A stretch of DNA of 64,000 nt from a virus (IMGVR_UViG_3300009159_000050:1-64000); one strand, 5' to 3'; counted from the stretch's first letter, positions 25,288-35,626 are shown. A program made the numbers and translations. Notes: generated by a model not told the origin, from the sequence alone.

Positions 25288-26244
25288 TTGGCTAAAATTG
25301 TTTTTCTTGGAAACTTTGAAGTTTCATATAGCAGTGAGAATCATCACGCTAAAAGTTTAGAATCTCTTGGACATACCGTTGTAAAGTTGCAAGAAAAAAA
25401 GGCAAAGACCCATGTAATTCTTGATCAGGCACTTGACTCTGATCTATTTATTTGGGTTCATACTCATGGCTGGGAAACAGTTGGCAAGATCACAATGGAC
25501 GATGTTCTGCTCAGACTAAAGAGTGCTGGAATACCAACAATGACATACCACCTTGACCTATGGTTTGGTCTTGAAAGACAAAAGGATCTTGAACAAGATA
25601 ACTTTTATAAAACCATTGGTCACTTCTTTACAGTAGATAAGCTAATGGCTGATTGGTTTAATGAAAATACAGAGGTCAAAGGACATTTCGTTCCTGCAGG
25701 GGTATACGATAAGGAATGCTACATTCACCCAGATTATGACACACAAAACTTTAAGTATGATGTTATTTTTGTTGGCAGCAAAGGATATCATCATGAGCAT
25801 AAGTATCGTCCAGAATTAATTGATTTCTTAAGAAAGACATACGGAAAAAGATTTCTACATGTTGGTGGAGATGGTGATACTGGAACTGTTCGTGGTGATG
25901 AATTAAATAAGATCTATGCACAAAGCAAAGTAGCTGTAGGAGATAGCCTTAACATTAACTTTAACTATCCTTACTATACTAGTGATAGGTTGTTTGAAAG
26001 TACTGGTCGTGGTGGTTTTACCATATACCCAGAAATTAAAGGACTAGATGAATACTTTATGCCTGATGAAGTAGTATTTTACAATCATGGAAATTTAGAT
26101 GACCTAAAAAACAAAATAGATCATTACCTTGAGAATTCTTTAGTAAGAGAAAGAATTAGATTAAATGGACACAATCGCACAAAGAAAGAGCACACCTATG
26201 TGCATCGTTGGGAAACTATTATGAATGAGTTAGGAATAAAATGA
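25288..26244 (+). CDS. CgeB-like glycosyltransferase (GT-B)
   Basis: DVIFVGS...YYTSDRLFESTGRGGF...HTYVHRW. Confidence 0.8.
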   Translation: MAKIVFLGNFEVSYSSENHHAKSLESLGHTVVKLQEKKAKTHVILDQALDSDLFIWVHTHGWETVGKITMDDVLLRLKSAGIPTMTYHLDLWFGLERQKDLEQDNFYKTIGHFFTVDKLMADWFNENTEVKGHFVPAGVYDKECYIHPDYDTQNFKYDVIFVGSKGYHHEHKYRPELIDFLRKTYGKRFLHVGGDGDTGTVRGDELNKIYAQSKVAVGDSLNINFNYPYYTSDRLFESTGRGGFTIYPEIKGLDEYFMPDEVVFYNHGNLDDLKNKIDHYLENSLVRERIRLNGHNRTKKEHTYVHRWETIMNELGIK

Positions 26245-27170
26245 AAAGTATAGCAATAACAGGTGCAACTGGACTATTAGGTTCACACTTATCAAACCAC
26301 TACCTATCACTAGGCTATAATGTTTTTGTTCTATTAAAAGACGAGCATAGTCGCACAGAACTTTCTCCAAATGTAAACAAGGTTTATGGAAGTATTAATA
26401 ATAAAACAGACATTGATTTTTTTATAGAAAAGTCAAGACCAGATTACTTTATCCATCTTGCAGCACAGACTCAGGCATATGACTCAATCAAGTATCCATA
26501 CAATACTTTTTATACCAATCTTGTTGGTACATTGAATGTACTTGAATCATTAAGAGAATACAAAAATTGCAAGTCAATCATTGTTGCTTCTAGCGATAAA
26601 GCCTACGGGGAGTTAGTAAATGATGAATACTTTGAAGATCATATTCTTAATGGCATATATCCATATGATGCATCCAAAACTATTACAGACATAATGTGTA
26701 ATTCATATAGGAATACATATGATATGCCTGTTGTAACTACCCGTGCCTGCAACATTTATGGAACTGGTGACAATAATATTCAAAGATTGGTGCCTGGAGT
26801 TGTGAAGGCTTATAAGGATGGCGCATTGTTTACTATCAGAAATGGTGGTAGAGATATTAGAGAATACATTAATGTTAAGGATGTTGTTTCAGCATACGCT
26901 AACATACTTACATATGCAGAAACAGTTAATAATATTCCATCCTTTAACATATCCTCTGGTGAAAGATATTCTACACTTGAAGTATTTAACCTTATCCAAG
27001 ACTCAATTGGTAAAGAAGTTAAGCATGAGATCATTGAGAGTGATGGATTTGAAATTAAAAAACAGTTTATGAACTCATCTTTGCTACAAGAAAAAACTGG
27101 ATGGAAGTCGGAGCATACTATGAAAGACAGTATGAAAGAAATAGTTGATTTTTATATGGAGTCTAAATGA
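26241..27170 (+). CDS. NAD-dependent sugar epimerase/dehydratase (NDP-glucose 4,6-dehydratase-like)
   Basis: ITGATGLLG, HLAAQ, SSDKAYG, YDASK, NIYG.GD. Confidence 0.9.
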   Translation: MKSIAITGATGLLGSHLSNHYLSLGYNVFVLLKDEHSRTELSPNVNKVYGSINNKTDIDFFIEKSRPDYFIHLAAQTQAYDSIKYPYNTFYTNLVGTLNVLESLREYKNCKSIIVASSDKAYGELVNDEYFEDHILNGIYPYDASKTITDIMCNSYRNTYDMPVVTTRACNIYGTGDNNIQRLVPGVVKAYKDGALFTIRNGGRDIREYINVKDVVSAYANILTYAETVNNIPSFNISSGERYSTLEVFNLIQDSIGKEVKHEIIESDGFEIKKQFMNSSLLQEKTGWKSEHTMKDSMKEIVDFYMESK

Positions 27171-27676
27171 ATATAAATTTTGGTTGCGGTAGCATTCAGC
27201 CTTCTGACTGGACTAATATAGATCTTGATCCAGAGTTTAATACCGAGCATAGAGACTTAGAACTGATACCCGATAGCTCTTGTGACATTCTTGTTTGTCA
27301 TGCAATAGTTTGCTGTGTTAAATATCACGACATTGAAAAGGTATTGTTAGAATTTTATAGAGTACTAAAACCAGGAGGAGTTGTAAGGATTAGCCTTCCA
27401 GATATTGTTTCTGGGTTTGATGCATATAAAAATAATAATATTAATTTCTTTCCTAATTCTGAAGATGATTTGGATAAGCGTTTCTCTGCATGGCTAACTT
27501 GGTATTCACAATCAGCATCTCTGCTAACAGATAAAGCGCTACAATATAAACTACAGGATTGTGGGTTTAACTTTGTATCAAAAACAGAGTTTAAACAAAC
27601 AGTATATTCAAATGAAAAAATTTATGAACTTGATACAAGGGAACATGAATTCTATTTTGTGGAGGCAAAAAAATGA
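27167..27676 (+). CDS. SAM-dependent methyltransferase (type 11)
   Basis: NFGCG...WTNID...RVLKPGG. Confidence 0.8.
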   Translation: MNINFGCGSIQPSDWTNIDLDPEFNTEHRDLELIPDSSCDILVCHAIVCCVKYHDIEKVLLEFYRVLKPGGVVRISLPDIVSGFDAYKNNNINFFPNSEDDLDKRFSAWLTWYSQSASLLTDKALQYKLQDCGFNFVSKTEFKQTVYSNEKIYELDTREHEFYFVEAKK

Positions 27677-28380
27677 CAGAGATGGTTAAGACAATACTAA
27701 ATGGAGAATTTGAAATAATTCTTCCAAAGCATCGTGCAGAGAGACCAGAGTGGCACACAGAAGCAGGTTGGGAAAAGTTAAGGCTTAAATCAATGCACAA
27801 TAACATTGGTAAGGGCGATGTTGTTTATTATGTTGGTGCAGAAGAAGGTGAGTTTCCAGCGCTTTGTCAAATGTGGGGAGCAGAAGTTGTATTGTTTGAA
27901 CCTAATCCTAAAGTATGGTCACACCTTCCACAAACTTGGAAATCAAATAACTTAGAACTTCCAATGGCATGCATTCCTGGATTTGCTTCTGATAAAGTAA
28001 ATGAGCTTGCAAGAATTTATTATAATGAATGGCCTCCAGAGGCTGATGACGTTATTGAAGCAGCACATGGATTTAAAGAATTATACCTTGAAGGTGATTC
28101 ATATGGTCAAATTACTATAGATTCTTGTGTATATGATCACGGTATTAAGCCACCTACCGCCATTTCATTAGACGTAGAGGGTAGCGAATGGAGGGTCCTA
28201 GGAGGGGCTGAGAGTGTCCTTAAACAGTATAAGCCTAAGATTTGGCTATCTGGACACCCTGAATTTATGTTACAGCAATGGGATGAATCCTTATATAATC
28301 TTAGACAATGGATAAAAAATTTAGGATATAAAGAAAAATTGCTTGATTACCAACACGAAGTTCATTTGTTCTATGAGTAG
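27673..28380 (+). CDS. FkbM family methyltransferase
   Basis: VGAEEG, FEPNP, DVEGSEWRVLGGA. Confidence 0.85.
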   Translation: MTEMVKTILNGEFEIILPKHRAERPEWHTEAGWEKLRLKSMHNNIGKGDVVYYVGAEEGEFPALCQMWGAEVVLFEPNPKVWSHLPQTWKSNNLELPMACIPGFASDKVNELARIYYNEWPPEADDVIEAAHGFKELYLEGDSYGQITIDSCVYDHGIKPPTAISLDVEGSEWRVLGGAESVLKQYKPKIWLSGHPEFMLQQWDESLYNLRQWIKNLGYKEKLLDYQHEVHLFYE

Positions 28381-29536
28381 TCTTATATTTTGTTCACATA
28401 CAGATGATGGAATTTTTTCTTTAGGAGATTACATCCTTGATAGTAGTGATGATTTTACAATTGCATCTGCATTTGCTGGCATACCAACAGATGATGCTGG
28501 ATATAAAAAACACACTACATTAAGAAAAGAACATGACGAAGCCTGTTCTATGGTAAATGCTAAAGTTATTAATGGAGATCTATTAGATGATGTTTATGGA
28601 AAACAAAATGAAGATGATTTAATAAATTGGATAAAAAGTATAATTGTAGATTTTGATAATATATATATTCCACTAGGAATTCATCATCCAGACCACGTAT
28701 TTTTATCAGATACTTTATTTAATTTAATGAAGCATTTTGATAAAAAATATTTTGTATATGCTGAGTTGCCATATAAATTGTCATATCAGGATTTATATGA
28801 AACAAGATTAAAAATTTTTACATCACTTTGTGGTTTAAAAAAAACTAACACCAATTTTACAAAAAACAAAATTGATGCAATAAAAAAATATGATTCACAA
28901 ATAAAATACGCAAGCGATCCATCTTGCATAGATGAAGAATTATTTGCACAACTTATTGTAGAAGAAGAAGTATGGGAAGTTTCAATATTAGATCATGCTA
29001 AGGTTTTTTGGGACAATGCTGCAAAAGATGTAGATGTAAAGTATAAATATATTGCAGATGAATGGGCACCTAGTGAAAAATTTTTAACTCTTATAGAGGA
29101 CAGCAATAGTAATTGGAATAATGTTTTAGAAATTGGATGTGGATTAGGAAGGCTGCTCGTTCCTCTTGCAGAGAAATATAATGAATGCAACTTTTACGGA
29201 ATAGACATATCTGATGAAATGATTAAGCTTGCACCTAAGAAAGATAATATAAAGTATCAAGAACTTGCAGACAATCTTGATCTTGTGTACTCAATTCTAG
29301 TCTTTCAGCATATTGACCACCAAGAAAAAATTAAATATATAAAACTTGCTTATGAAAAATTAAAAGTTGGTGGTATTTTATTCTTTCAGTTTGTTGTTGG
29401 AGAAGAGAATTCTGCATACTCTTATCAAACATCAAGGTTTGAAATTAACAGAATATTAAGTGATGTAGGATTTAAAAACTTAATCTTTACAGATCATATG
29501 CATCCTAAATGGATGTTTGTTAGGGCTACAAAATGA
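28373..29536 (+). CDS. PIG-L-like deacetylase fused to class I methyltransferase
   Basis: HTDD, HPDH, YAELPY, YDSQI; C-terminal LEIGCGLGR. Confidence 0.75.
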   Translation: MSSLIFCSHTDDGIFSLGDYILDSSDDFTIASAFAGIPTDDAGYKKHTTLRKEHDEACSMVNAKVINGDLLDDVYGKQNEDDLINWIKSIIVDFDNIYIPLGIHHPDHVFLSDTLFNLMKHFDKKYFVYAELPYKLSYQDLYETRLKIFTSLCGLKKTNTNFTKNKIDAIKKYDSQIKYASDPSCIDEELFAQLIVEEEVWEVSILDHAKVFWDNAAKDVDVKYKYIADEWAPSEKFLTLIEDSNSNWNNVLEIGCGLGRLLVPLAEKYNECNFYGIDISDEMIKLAPKKDNIKYQELADNLDLVYSILVFQHIDHQEKIKYIKLAYEKLKVGGILFFQFVVGEENSAYSYQTSRFEINRILSDVGFKNLIFTDHMHPKWMFVRATK

Positions 29537-30381
29537 TAAAAGCATATCTTCTTTCTTTTAATAAAAATGATTGTGCTGCCGATAAGTGGGACTATGGCCT
29601 ATTAAAAGAAATTTTTACTAAGTATGATATAGAAGAAATTAAAGTTACATCTTTGCCAAAAGAAGAACGTGCTTTTGTTATTGTTCCTGGACCACAAAAT
29701 CTTGGACATGAAAAATATATTAATAAAGAAATACAAAATATATCAAGGCTTGTTTTATTTATTAATGGAGATGAGCAAGGTAGTTTTGATATAACAAAGA
29801 TTAATCATCCTAATGCTGAGATATGGGTTCAATACCCCTATGAACAACACAAACATTTAAATAAACTACCAATAGGTGTTCCACAACATCTAAAGAAGTT
29901 GGTACCAGATTATCCGTCAAAAGACTATGAAGTATATTTTAGTGGTCAAATAACACATCCAAGAAGACAACAGATAGCAAAGGTTATGCCAGACATGCCA
30001 AATGCCCTTTTTACCCTTACAGCAGGCTTTGCACAGGGCGGAGAACCTAAAGACTACTATAAGTCCTTGTCCAGTGCTAAGATCGCTCCTGCGCCTGCTG
30101 GGGCCGCAACGATTGACACCTTTAGATTCTTTGAGGCTATAGAGATGCTATGCCTGCCAATTTCAGATAGTGTAGACTCTAAGGGAAATAGTAGAAATTT
30201 CTATCAAGATGTATTTGGCTATGATATACCTGTTAGAAGTGTTACTGATTGGTCTGAGCTACATGAGCTAGTTCCAGAGTTGTTAAATAATTACCCTGAA
30301 AATATGCATACTGTAGTATCCTGGTGGATTAAATATAAGAGAGACTTAGGCATTAAGATTATGAGGCAAGTGAATGAATAA
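29533..30381 (+). CDS. exostosin-like glycosyltransferase
   Basis: FSGQ...PAPAG...TFRFFEAIEM. Confidence 0.6.
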   Translation: MIKAYLLSFNKNDCAADKWDYGLLKEIFTKYDIEEIKVTSLPKEERAFVIVPGPQNLGHEKYINKEIQNISRLVLFINGDEQGSFDITKINHPNAEIWVQYPYEQHKHLNKLPIGVPQHLKKLVPDYPSKDYEVYFSGQITHPRRQQIAKVMPDMPNALFTLTAGFAQGGEPKDYYKSLSSAKIAPAPAGAATIDTFRFFEAIEMLCLPISDSVDSKGNSRNFYQDVFGYDIPVRSVTDWSELHELVPELLNNYPENMHTVVSWWIKYKRDLGIKIMRQVNE

Positions 30382-31135
30382 AAAAGATATAACAATTATA
30401 CTTGCAACATCTATAATACCAGCCCATCCAAATACTGAAATGATAGATGAAACCATTAAGTCTATTAGGGTACACTTTCCAGAAAATGAAATCATTATGC
30501 AAATTGATGGTTTAAGAAAAGAACAAACACACAGGAAACCAGATTATGATGAGTACAAGAATAGAATTCTTTGGAAATGTTTACATGAGTATAAAAATGT
30601 ATTGCCAATAATCTTTGACAAACATAGTCATCAAACCACAATGATGCGTAATACTATTGATGAAATCCAAACACCACTTATGATTTATGTTGAGGGTGAT
30701 GCTCCATTAACACCAGATGTGCCGATTGATTGGGAAAGGTGTATTGATCTTATTGAACAAAAACGGGCTAACACAATTCGTTTTCATCATGAAGCAACAA
30801 TACCAGAACCACATAATCATTTAATGCTTGGACTTGAAGATGGCTTCATGAAAACATCTCAATGGAGTCAAAGACCTCACTTAAGTACTGTAAAATATTA
30901 TAAAGATGTTGTCTTACCTTTCTGTAAACCAATAAGTTTTATTGAAGATAGATTTCACGGTAAGGTTCAAGATGATATTTTTCCTTACGATAGTTTTAGT
31001 CAGGAAGGTTGGGACACACATAAACTTTGGATCTATCATCCTGAAGGAAATATAAAACGATCTTATCATTTAGATGGTCGTGATGGTACAAGAAAGTTTA
31101 CACAGGATGATGATACTTGGGGATATACAGAGTGA
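30374..31135 (+). CDS. putative GT-A glycosyltransferase
   Basis: ITIILAT..HP..MIDETIKSI; YVEGD; HLDGR. Confidence 0.55.
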   Translation: MNKKDITIILATSIIPAHPNTEMIDETIKSIRVHFPENEIIMQIDGLRKEQTHRKPDYDEYKNRILWKCLHEYKNVLPIIFDKHSHQTTMMRNTIDEIQTPLMIYVEGDAPLTPDVPIDWERCIDLIEQKRANTIRFHHEATIPEPHNHLMLGLEDGFMKTSQWSQRPHLSTVKYYKDVVLPFCKPISFIEDRFHGKVQDDIFPYDSFSQEGWDTHKLWIYHPEGNIKRSYHLDGRDGTRKFTQDDDTWGYTE

Positions 31136-32163
31136 CATTTGGAATAATTGCAAGATGTGATAATAGTGGATTGGGCAATCAGACAAGAGATCTGGTTAAA
31201 ATGCTAAATCCAGATAAGATTCTTTTAATTAATTCCTCAAGCTTCAACAATAATAAACAATATCCTGAGTGGTATGATGGCTATAACGTAATAATGACAG
31301 ATGGTTTTCCAACTAAACAAGAGGTTTCTAGATTTATGGATGGACTAAATTCTGTACTTACATGCGAAACCTTTTACCATCCACATTTTATTCACCTTTC
31401 ACAGAGACGTAACGTTAAAACGTTGATGCAGTATAACTATGAGTTTCTTGATCATTTAAATAGACCAGATATGCCTTTGCCAACCTATATGATTGCCCCT
31501 AGTTATTGGAAGATAGATGAGGTTATTAGTAAGTTTAGTAATGATACCAATGTTATTCATTTACCGCCGCCGATTGACTCATCTGAGTTTGCTTCTGTAA
31601 GAGATAATAATCTTGGAAAAGATCATAAAAGAATTCTTCATATTGGTGGCAAGGCAGCTTCTCAGGATAGGAATGGCACTCAAACTGTTATTGATATGCT
31701 TGAGCATTCAACAGCTGACTATGAGTTAGTTGTTAGAAGTCAAACGGAACTTAAAGTTAATTGCAAAGATCCCAGACTTACTATTGACATAAGCGATAAT
31801 GATAGCAGGTCTTCAATGTATGAGGGCTTTGACGCTATGGTTCTTCCAAGAAGATATGCTGGCTTATGCTTGCCAATGAATGAGGCGCTTATGAGTGGTC
31901 TACCAGTCTTTATGACTGACATATCACCAAATAATGAAATTCTTCCAAACGATTGGCTAATTCCTTCAAGAAAAATAAACACACTTATGACAAGAGTTAA
32001 ATTAGATGTATATGAGGCTGATCCCAAACAGCTTGCTAAAAGAATTGATAACTATGTTAACAGTGATAAAAAAGCAGAAAAAGAAAAAGCTGCAACTATT
32101 GGGTTTGAAAACTTTGATCCATCTATTCTAAAGAATCAATACCTTCGGATTCTGGAAGGATAA
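31117..32163 (+). CDS. GT4-like glycosyltransferase
   Basis: GLCLPMNEALMSGLPVFMTD. Confidence 0.8.
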   Translation: MGIYRVTFGIIARCDNSGLGNQTRDLVKMLNPDKILLINSSSFNNNKQYPEWYDGYNVIMTDGFPTKQEVSRFMDGLNSVLTCETFYHPHFIHLSQRRNVKTLMQYNYEFLDHLNRPDMPLPTYMIAPSYWKIDEVISKFSNDTNVIHLPPPIDSSEFASVRDNNLGKDHKRILHIGGKAASQDRNGTQTVIDMLEHSTADYELVVRSQTELKVNCKDPRLTIDISDNDSRSSMYEGFDAMVLPRRYAGLCLPMNEALMSGLPVFMTDISPNNEILPNDWLIPSRKINTLMTRVKLDVYEADPKQLAKRIDNYVNSDKKAEKEKAATIGFENFDPSILKNQYLRILEG

Positions 32164-32809
32164 ACTCTTCTGAGAATTTTTGTTTTAAATTTCCAAGAGT
32201 CATGAAGGTTGCTTTTTGATCATTTCTAAATTTAATGTATGTTCTAAGCTCTTTAATTTTATAGTCTGTAAACTTTAATATATAATAAGATAACCAGAGA
32301 TCGTCAATAATCCAGTACTCTTCAGGGCAATCAAAGAAGTCCTCATTTAAAAACAGCTTAGACTCACAAATAAGTCCACCAGTTCCAGCATAGTTGCCTA
32401 GTTCATCGCCGACAATCTTAATCTTTCTTTTATATCTTGCATTAATTCGGTGTGCCCAAAAAGATTTTACTACATTAGGCTCATATTGTTTATGACATTC
32501 TTCTATAAAAGTGTTTGGAATAATTTCATCATCATCAATAAATATTATTTTTTCATACCCTTGTTCAGCAAGATCTCTTGCTAACAAAAATCTAGCAAAC
32601 TGTTTAAAATCATTTTTGTATTCATTAATTGATATATTTAAACCACCACCATACTTATCTAAATAGCGCAAAAGTCTTTCATTTTGATTTGAATTATCAA
32701 CAATATAAAAATCAAAGTCTTTATCTGTTTGATTGTTTATGCAGCCCAAAGTAAGCTTAAGGTTTTCCAACCTTATATAGGTACACATTATTAAAGCTGT
32801 ATTTGACAT
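32123..32809 (-). CDS. GT2-like glycosyltransferase
   Basis: MCTY.R, YIVDN, FIDDD, IDDLWLS. Confidence 0.75.
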   Translation of the reverse strand: MSNTALIMCTYIRLENLKLTLGCINNQTDKDFDFYIVDNSNQNERLLRYLDKYGGGLNISINEYKNDFKQFARFLLARDLAEQGYEKIIFIDDDEIIPNTFIEECHKQYEPNVVKSFWAHRINARYKRKIKIVGDELGNYAGTGGLICESKLFLNEDFFDCPEEYWIIDDLWLSYYILKFTDYKIKELRTYIKFRNDQKATFMTLGNLKQKFSEEFILPESEGIDSLE

Positions 32810-32827
32810 ATTAATCTATAATAGCAT

Positions 32828-32859
32828 AAAAAGAAGACCAGCCTATTGCTAGGCTGGCC
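32828..32859 (-). terminator. intrinsic terminator
   Basis: CCAGCCTA/TAGGCTGG stem, U-run on minus strand. Confidence 0.65.
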
Positions 32860-32872
32860 CTCCATAATATAA

Positions 32873-33154
32873 CTACTTTACAGCAGTCTTCTTTGCAGCA
32901 GCCTTCTTAGCAGCCTTCTTAGCAGGTGCCTTAGCAGCCTTCAGAGCCTGATCTACGGCCTTAGCATCTGGCAATACACCAAACGCCTTGTCGTTAGGAT
33001 TGATTGCTCTAATAGCCACTGGAGCGATTGCAGCAACTAGTGCTGTCCATAGATCCTTTGGATCTGTAACTCCTGCCATGTATAGGGCAAGTCCTGATGC
33101 AAGCACTGATCTTCCGTATGATGCTAGTAGTGCCTTTAGTTGTTCTGTATTCAT
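32873..33154 (-). CDS. holin-like membrane protein with AKK tail
   Basis: SYGRS..., two hydrophobic helices, NPND.AFG. Confidence 0.55.
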   Translation of the reverse strand: MNTEQLKALLASYGRSVLASGLALYMAGVTDPKDLWTALVAAIAPVAIRAINPNDKAFGVLPDAKAVDQALKAAKAPAKKAAKKAAAKKTAVK

Positions 33155-33164
33155 TTTATTCCTC

Positions 33165-33323
33165 CTAGGATATAACTCGTGTTAGTATTGTGAAACCAAT
33201 CCATAGACCAATAATTCCTGCGACTCCCGCAAAAACTGGTGGTGCTGGTACTGGCAATTTGAATGCTGCGAACACGACACCGCATCCAAAACCTGTTAGT
33301 GTTGATAGAATAATATCTTTCAT
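33165..33323 (-). CDS. XapX domain (DUF1427) membrane protein
   Basis: MKDIILSTLTGFGCGVVFAAFKLPVPAPPVFAGVAGIIGLWIG; frame not in ORF track. Confidence 0.75.
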   Translation of the reverse strand: MKDIILSTLTGFGCGVVFAAFKLPVPAPPVFAGVAGIIGLWIGFTILTRVIS

Positions 33324-34198
33324 TGTTTCTCCTCAATAGATAATAGTTGTTTTAATTTTTTTTGTTTTGTATATTCTTTTATAGCTTCTATAACCACATC
33401 TCTTTCTTCAGGTGGCCAAGCATTCATTAGTATTTGTTTTATTCCATCTTTTTCAAGCTTATCTACAAAATTATCAAATTGCTCATAGGTAAAATATTCA
33501 ACATCAGTTACTGAATGCTCTAACTCTCCTTTACGCCATGCTGGTTTTATAACATATCCATCTAAAAGGCTTAGCTCTGCTTCTGTTTTTCTAAATACTG
33601 GGGTCATTGCTATCATAGCATCTGTATCTTTTAGATTTATTTTATTTGATAATAATTGATCAGGGTTATTATTGTCTACAGACCAGTGTTGATTTATATA
33701 GGATCTGTAAGGTAAAATTATTTTATTTTTATATATCTGTGCTGCTTCTAATACATACTGATTTGTTGTTGATACATAAAAATCTAATTTATTAATGTAA
33801 TCCTGATTTCCTGGCATTGTATTTAAGGTGTTTACATAATCAACAAGATATTTTGATCTATCAACCTTGCTTGATAAGTCATTAACATTTCCTAATATTC
33901 CACCAAAATCTATTTCATTTTCTTTTGGATATCCAGAAATTAAATTTATTTGTAGTCTTTGTTTCATTATTGAGTTAATAGATTTGTTAATTATACAAAG
34001 GTATTGTGGTGAAATTGTGTATGGCCTTATTGCAACCAAGTATTTAATTTTTTCTGTAGATTTTATATCCCTTGCAACTTTTGCAAACATATCACCCTGT
34101 GATAAATCATGTGTAAACATTACACCACTAAATCCACTATCTTCTAGTCTAGATATAAATCCTTCTTCAAAGTAACCACCAAAATAATAAAATTCCAT
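33320..34198 (-). CDS. luciferase-like (LLM) flavin monooxygenase-like protein
   Basis: GFSGVM, KYLVAIRPYTISP, RLQINLISG (SsuD-like). Confidence 0.65.
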   Translation of the reverse strand: MEFYYFGGYFEEGFISRLEDSGFSGVMFTHDLSQGDMFAKVARDIKSTEKIKYLVAIRPYTISPQYLCIINKSINSIMKQRLQINLISGYPKENEIDFGGILGNVNDLSSKVDRSKYLVDYVNTLNTMPGNQDYINKLDFYVSTTNQYVLEAAQIYKNKIILPYRSYINQHWSVDNNNPDQLLSNKINLKDTDAMIAMTPVFRKTEAELSLLDGYVIKPAWRKGELEHSVTDVEYFTYEQFDNFVDKLEKDGIKQILMNAWPPEERDVVIEAIKEYTKQKKLKQLLSIEEKQ

Positions 34199-34217
34199 AT
34201 TAAATTATCTCACACTT

Positions 34218-34616
34218 TCATTCAGATTCTTCTGGTAATAGTTTTTTTAGTTTCTTAAATTCAACAGACATTTTTTTCATTCCATCATAATTGGGGATCA
34301 TGCCCATTATGTCACCGTACTCATCAAAATAGTTAATGAGTGGATCAACTTCTGATACAAAATCACCTATGCCAGACTGAACTTCTTGAATATAGTCAAA
34401 CGCTGAGTCACGAGAATCAGATAGAAACTTAATAAAGCTTTCTTGATGAGCATCATTATCTAACTTAGTCTTAGATGACATTAAAATTTCAATTTTTGAA
34501 TATGCTGCAGCAAGTTTTTTAATATGATTTTTTAATGCTTTAAGCTTGGCATTTAGTATTAACAGGGCAAACAATGAAATAAAAAGCAAAGATCCAAGAA
34601 TTATAATAGTTTCCAT
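34218..34616 (-). CDS. membrane-anchored hypothetical protein
   Basis: N-terminal TM; FIKFLSDSRDSAFDYI. Confidence 0.55.
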   Translation of the reverse strand: METIIILGSLLFISLFALLILNAKLKALKNHIKKLAAAYSKIEILMSSKTKLDNDAHQESFIKFLSDSRDSAFDYIQEVQSGIGDFVSEVDPLINYFDEYGDIMGMIPNYDGMKKMSVEFKKLKKLLPEESE

Positions 34617-34624
34617 AATATATT

Positions 34625-34855
34625 TTATACCAATGCCTCTCTTGTTACTAGCACAATTGCGCCTTCCATTTCTAATGCATTCTTTAGTTGAACAACATAT
34701 TGTAGTGCTGCTATTTTTTCATCATGCGTTAAACGAATAAATTGTTTTTCATCTAATTTTACAGTAAGAAAGTGTTCATTGTCAATAAGCTGTACAGAAA
34801 AACCTTTAGGTGCTTGTACAGCATGAAAAGCTCTACGCATTGAGTCTGTATACAT
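34625..34855 (-). CDS. hypothetical protein
   Basis: operon ORF. Confidence 0.55.
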   Translation of the reverse strand: MYTDSMRRAFHAVQAPKGFSVQLIDNEHFLTVKLDEKQFIRLTHDEKIAALQYVVQLKNALEMEGAIVLVTREALV

Positions 34856-34857
34856 TA

Positions 34858-35157
34858 TTAATTATCTTTCTTATCTACATAATGAAATAAAGCTTCTAAT
34901 GATTCCCAGCCAATATCTTCTTTTACTTCTAAGGCTGCAAGAAAAATGTCCCATGTTTCATAAACATATTGTTTTGCTAAGACTGTTGGCTCAACTAATT
35001 CATTGTCAACTAAAAATGCAATTGGCAACCCAATGTCATTGTACTCAATAAAATCTTTAAAATATTTATCAAGCTTATAGTCCATCCATAGTTCCCCAAG
35101 GATGGCACACATTGATTCAAAGCTAGTTACGTCTTCTCCGTTGTTAGAGATTTCCAC
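34858..35157 (-). CDS. hypothetical protein, paralog of 18301-18561
   Basis: sequence similarity. Confidence 0.6.
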   Translation of the reverse strand: MEISNNGEDVTSFESMCAILGELWMDYKLDKYFKDFIEYNDIGLPIAFLVDNELVEPTVLAKQYVYETWDIFLAALEVKEDIGWESLEALFHYVDKKDN

Positions 35158-35414
35158 ATCTCACCCCATTTTTCTTTTGTCCTGTGCTTACCAAACTCCC
35201 GTGATATTTCACCATTCTCTAAGTATATACCACCCCAGACACCCCACTCTTTGCTAGATACACCGTTAGCAAAACATATTTTTTGAACTGGACATGATTG
35301 GCATAGGCTGTCTATCATTGGTCTAATAAGCTCATCGTCCTCATACCTGTCAAAAAATAAGTTTGTATCTGAGCCAAAACAAGCACTTTTATCTTTCCAT
35401 AAGTGTTGCTCCAT
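35127..35414 (-). CDS. whiB: WhiB family Fe-S transcription factor
   Basis: W...AC...FF...C.SCPV...C...GVWGG. Confidence 0.9.
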   Translation of the reverse strand: MEQHLWKDKSACFGSDTNLFFDRYEDDELIRPMIDSLCQSCPVQKICFANGVSSKEWGVWGGIYLENGEISREFGKHRTKEKWGEMWKSLTTEKT

Positions 35415-35416
35415 AT

Positions 35417-35626
35417 TTATTCCTTATATCTATTTGGAATATCCCAGCCATTACGATCAGGTACAAATGTTTTTGCCAAAAACCATTTACCATTACGACG
35501 AATTCCATTAACAGCAGTCTTGGCAACATCAGACTGCTTGGTTTCTACAACTGTCCAACCATCCCAATGTAAGTTATAGTTCTTGGCTACAATCTTTTCC
35601 ATTGTTTTTAAATCTTTTACAATCAT
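35417..35626 (-). CDS. hypothetical protein
   Basis: LHWDGWTVV motif; operon ORF. Confidence 0.55.
   Translation of the reverse strand: MIVKDLKTMEKIVAKNYNLHWDGWTVVETKQSDVAKTAVNGIRRNGKWFLAKTFVPDRNGWDIPNRYKE

Noticed and set aside
33151-33336. ORF-track 61-aa ORF
   Set aside because: Wrong frame; the XapX-like ORF 33165-33323 has the RBS and the recognisable motif.
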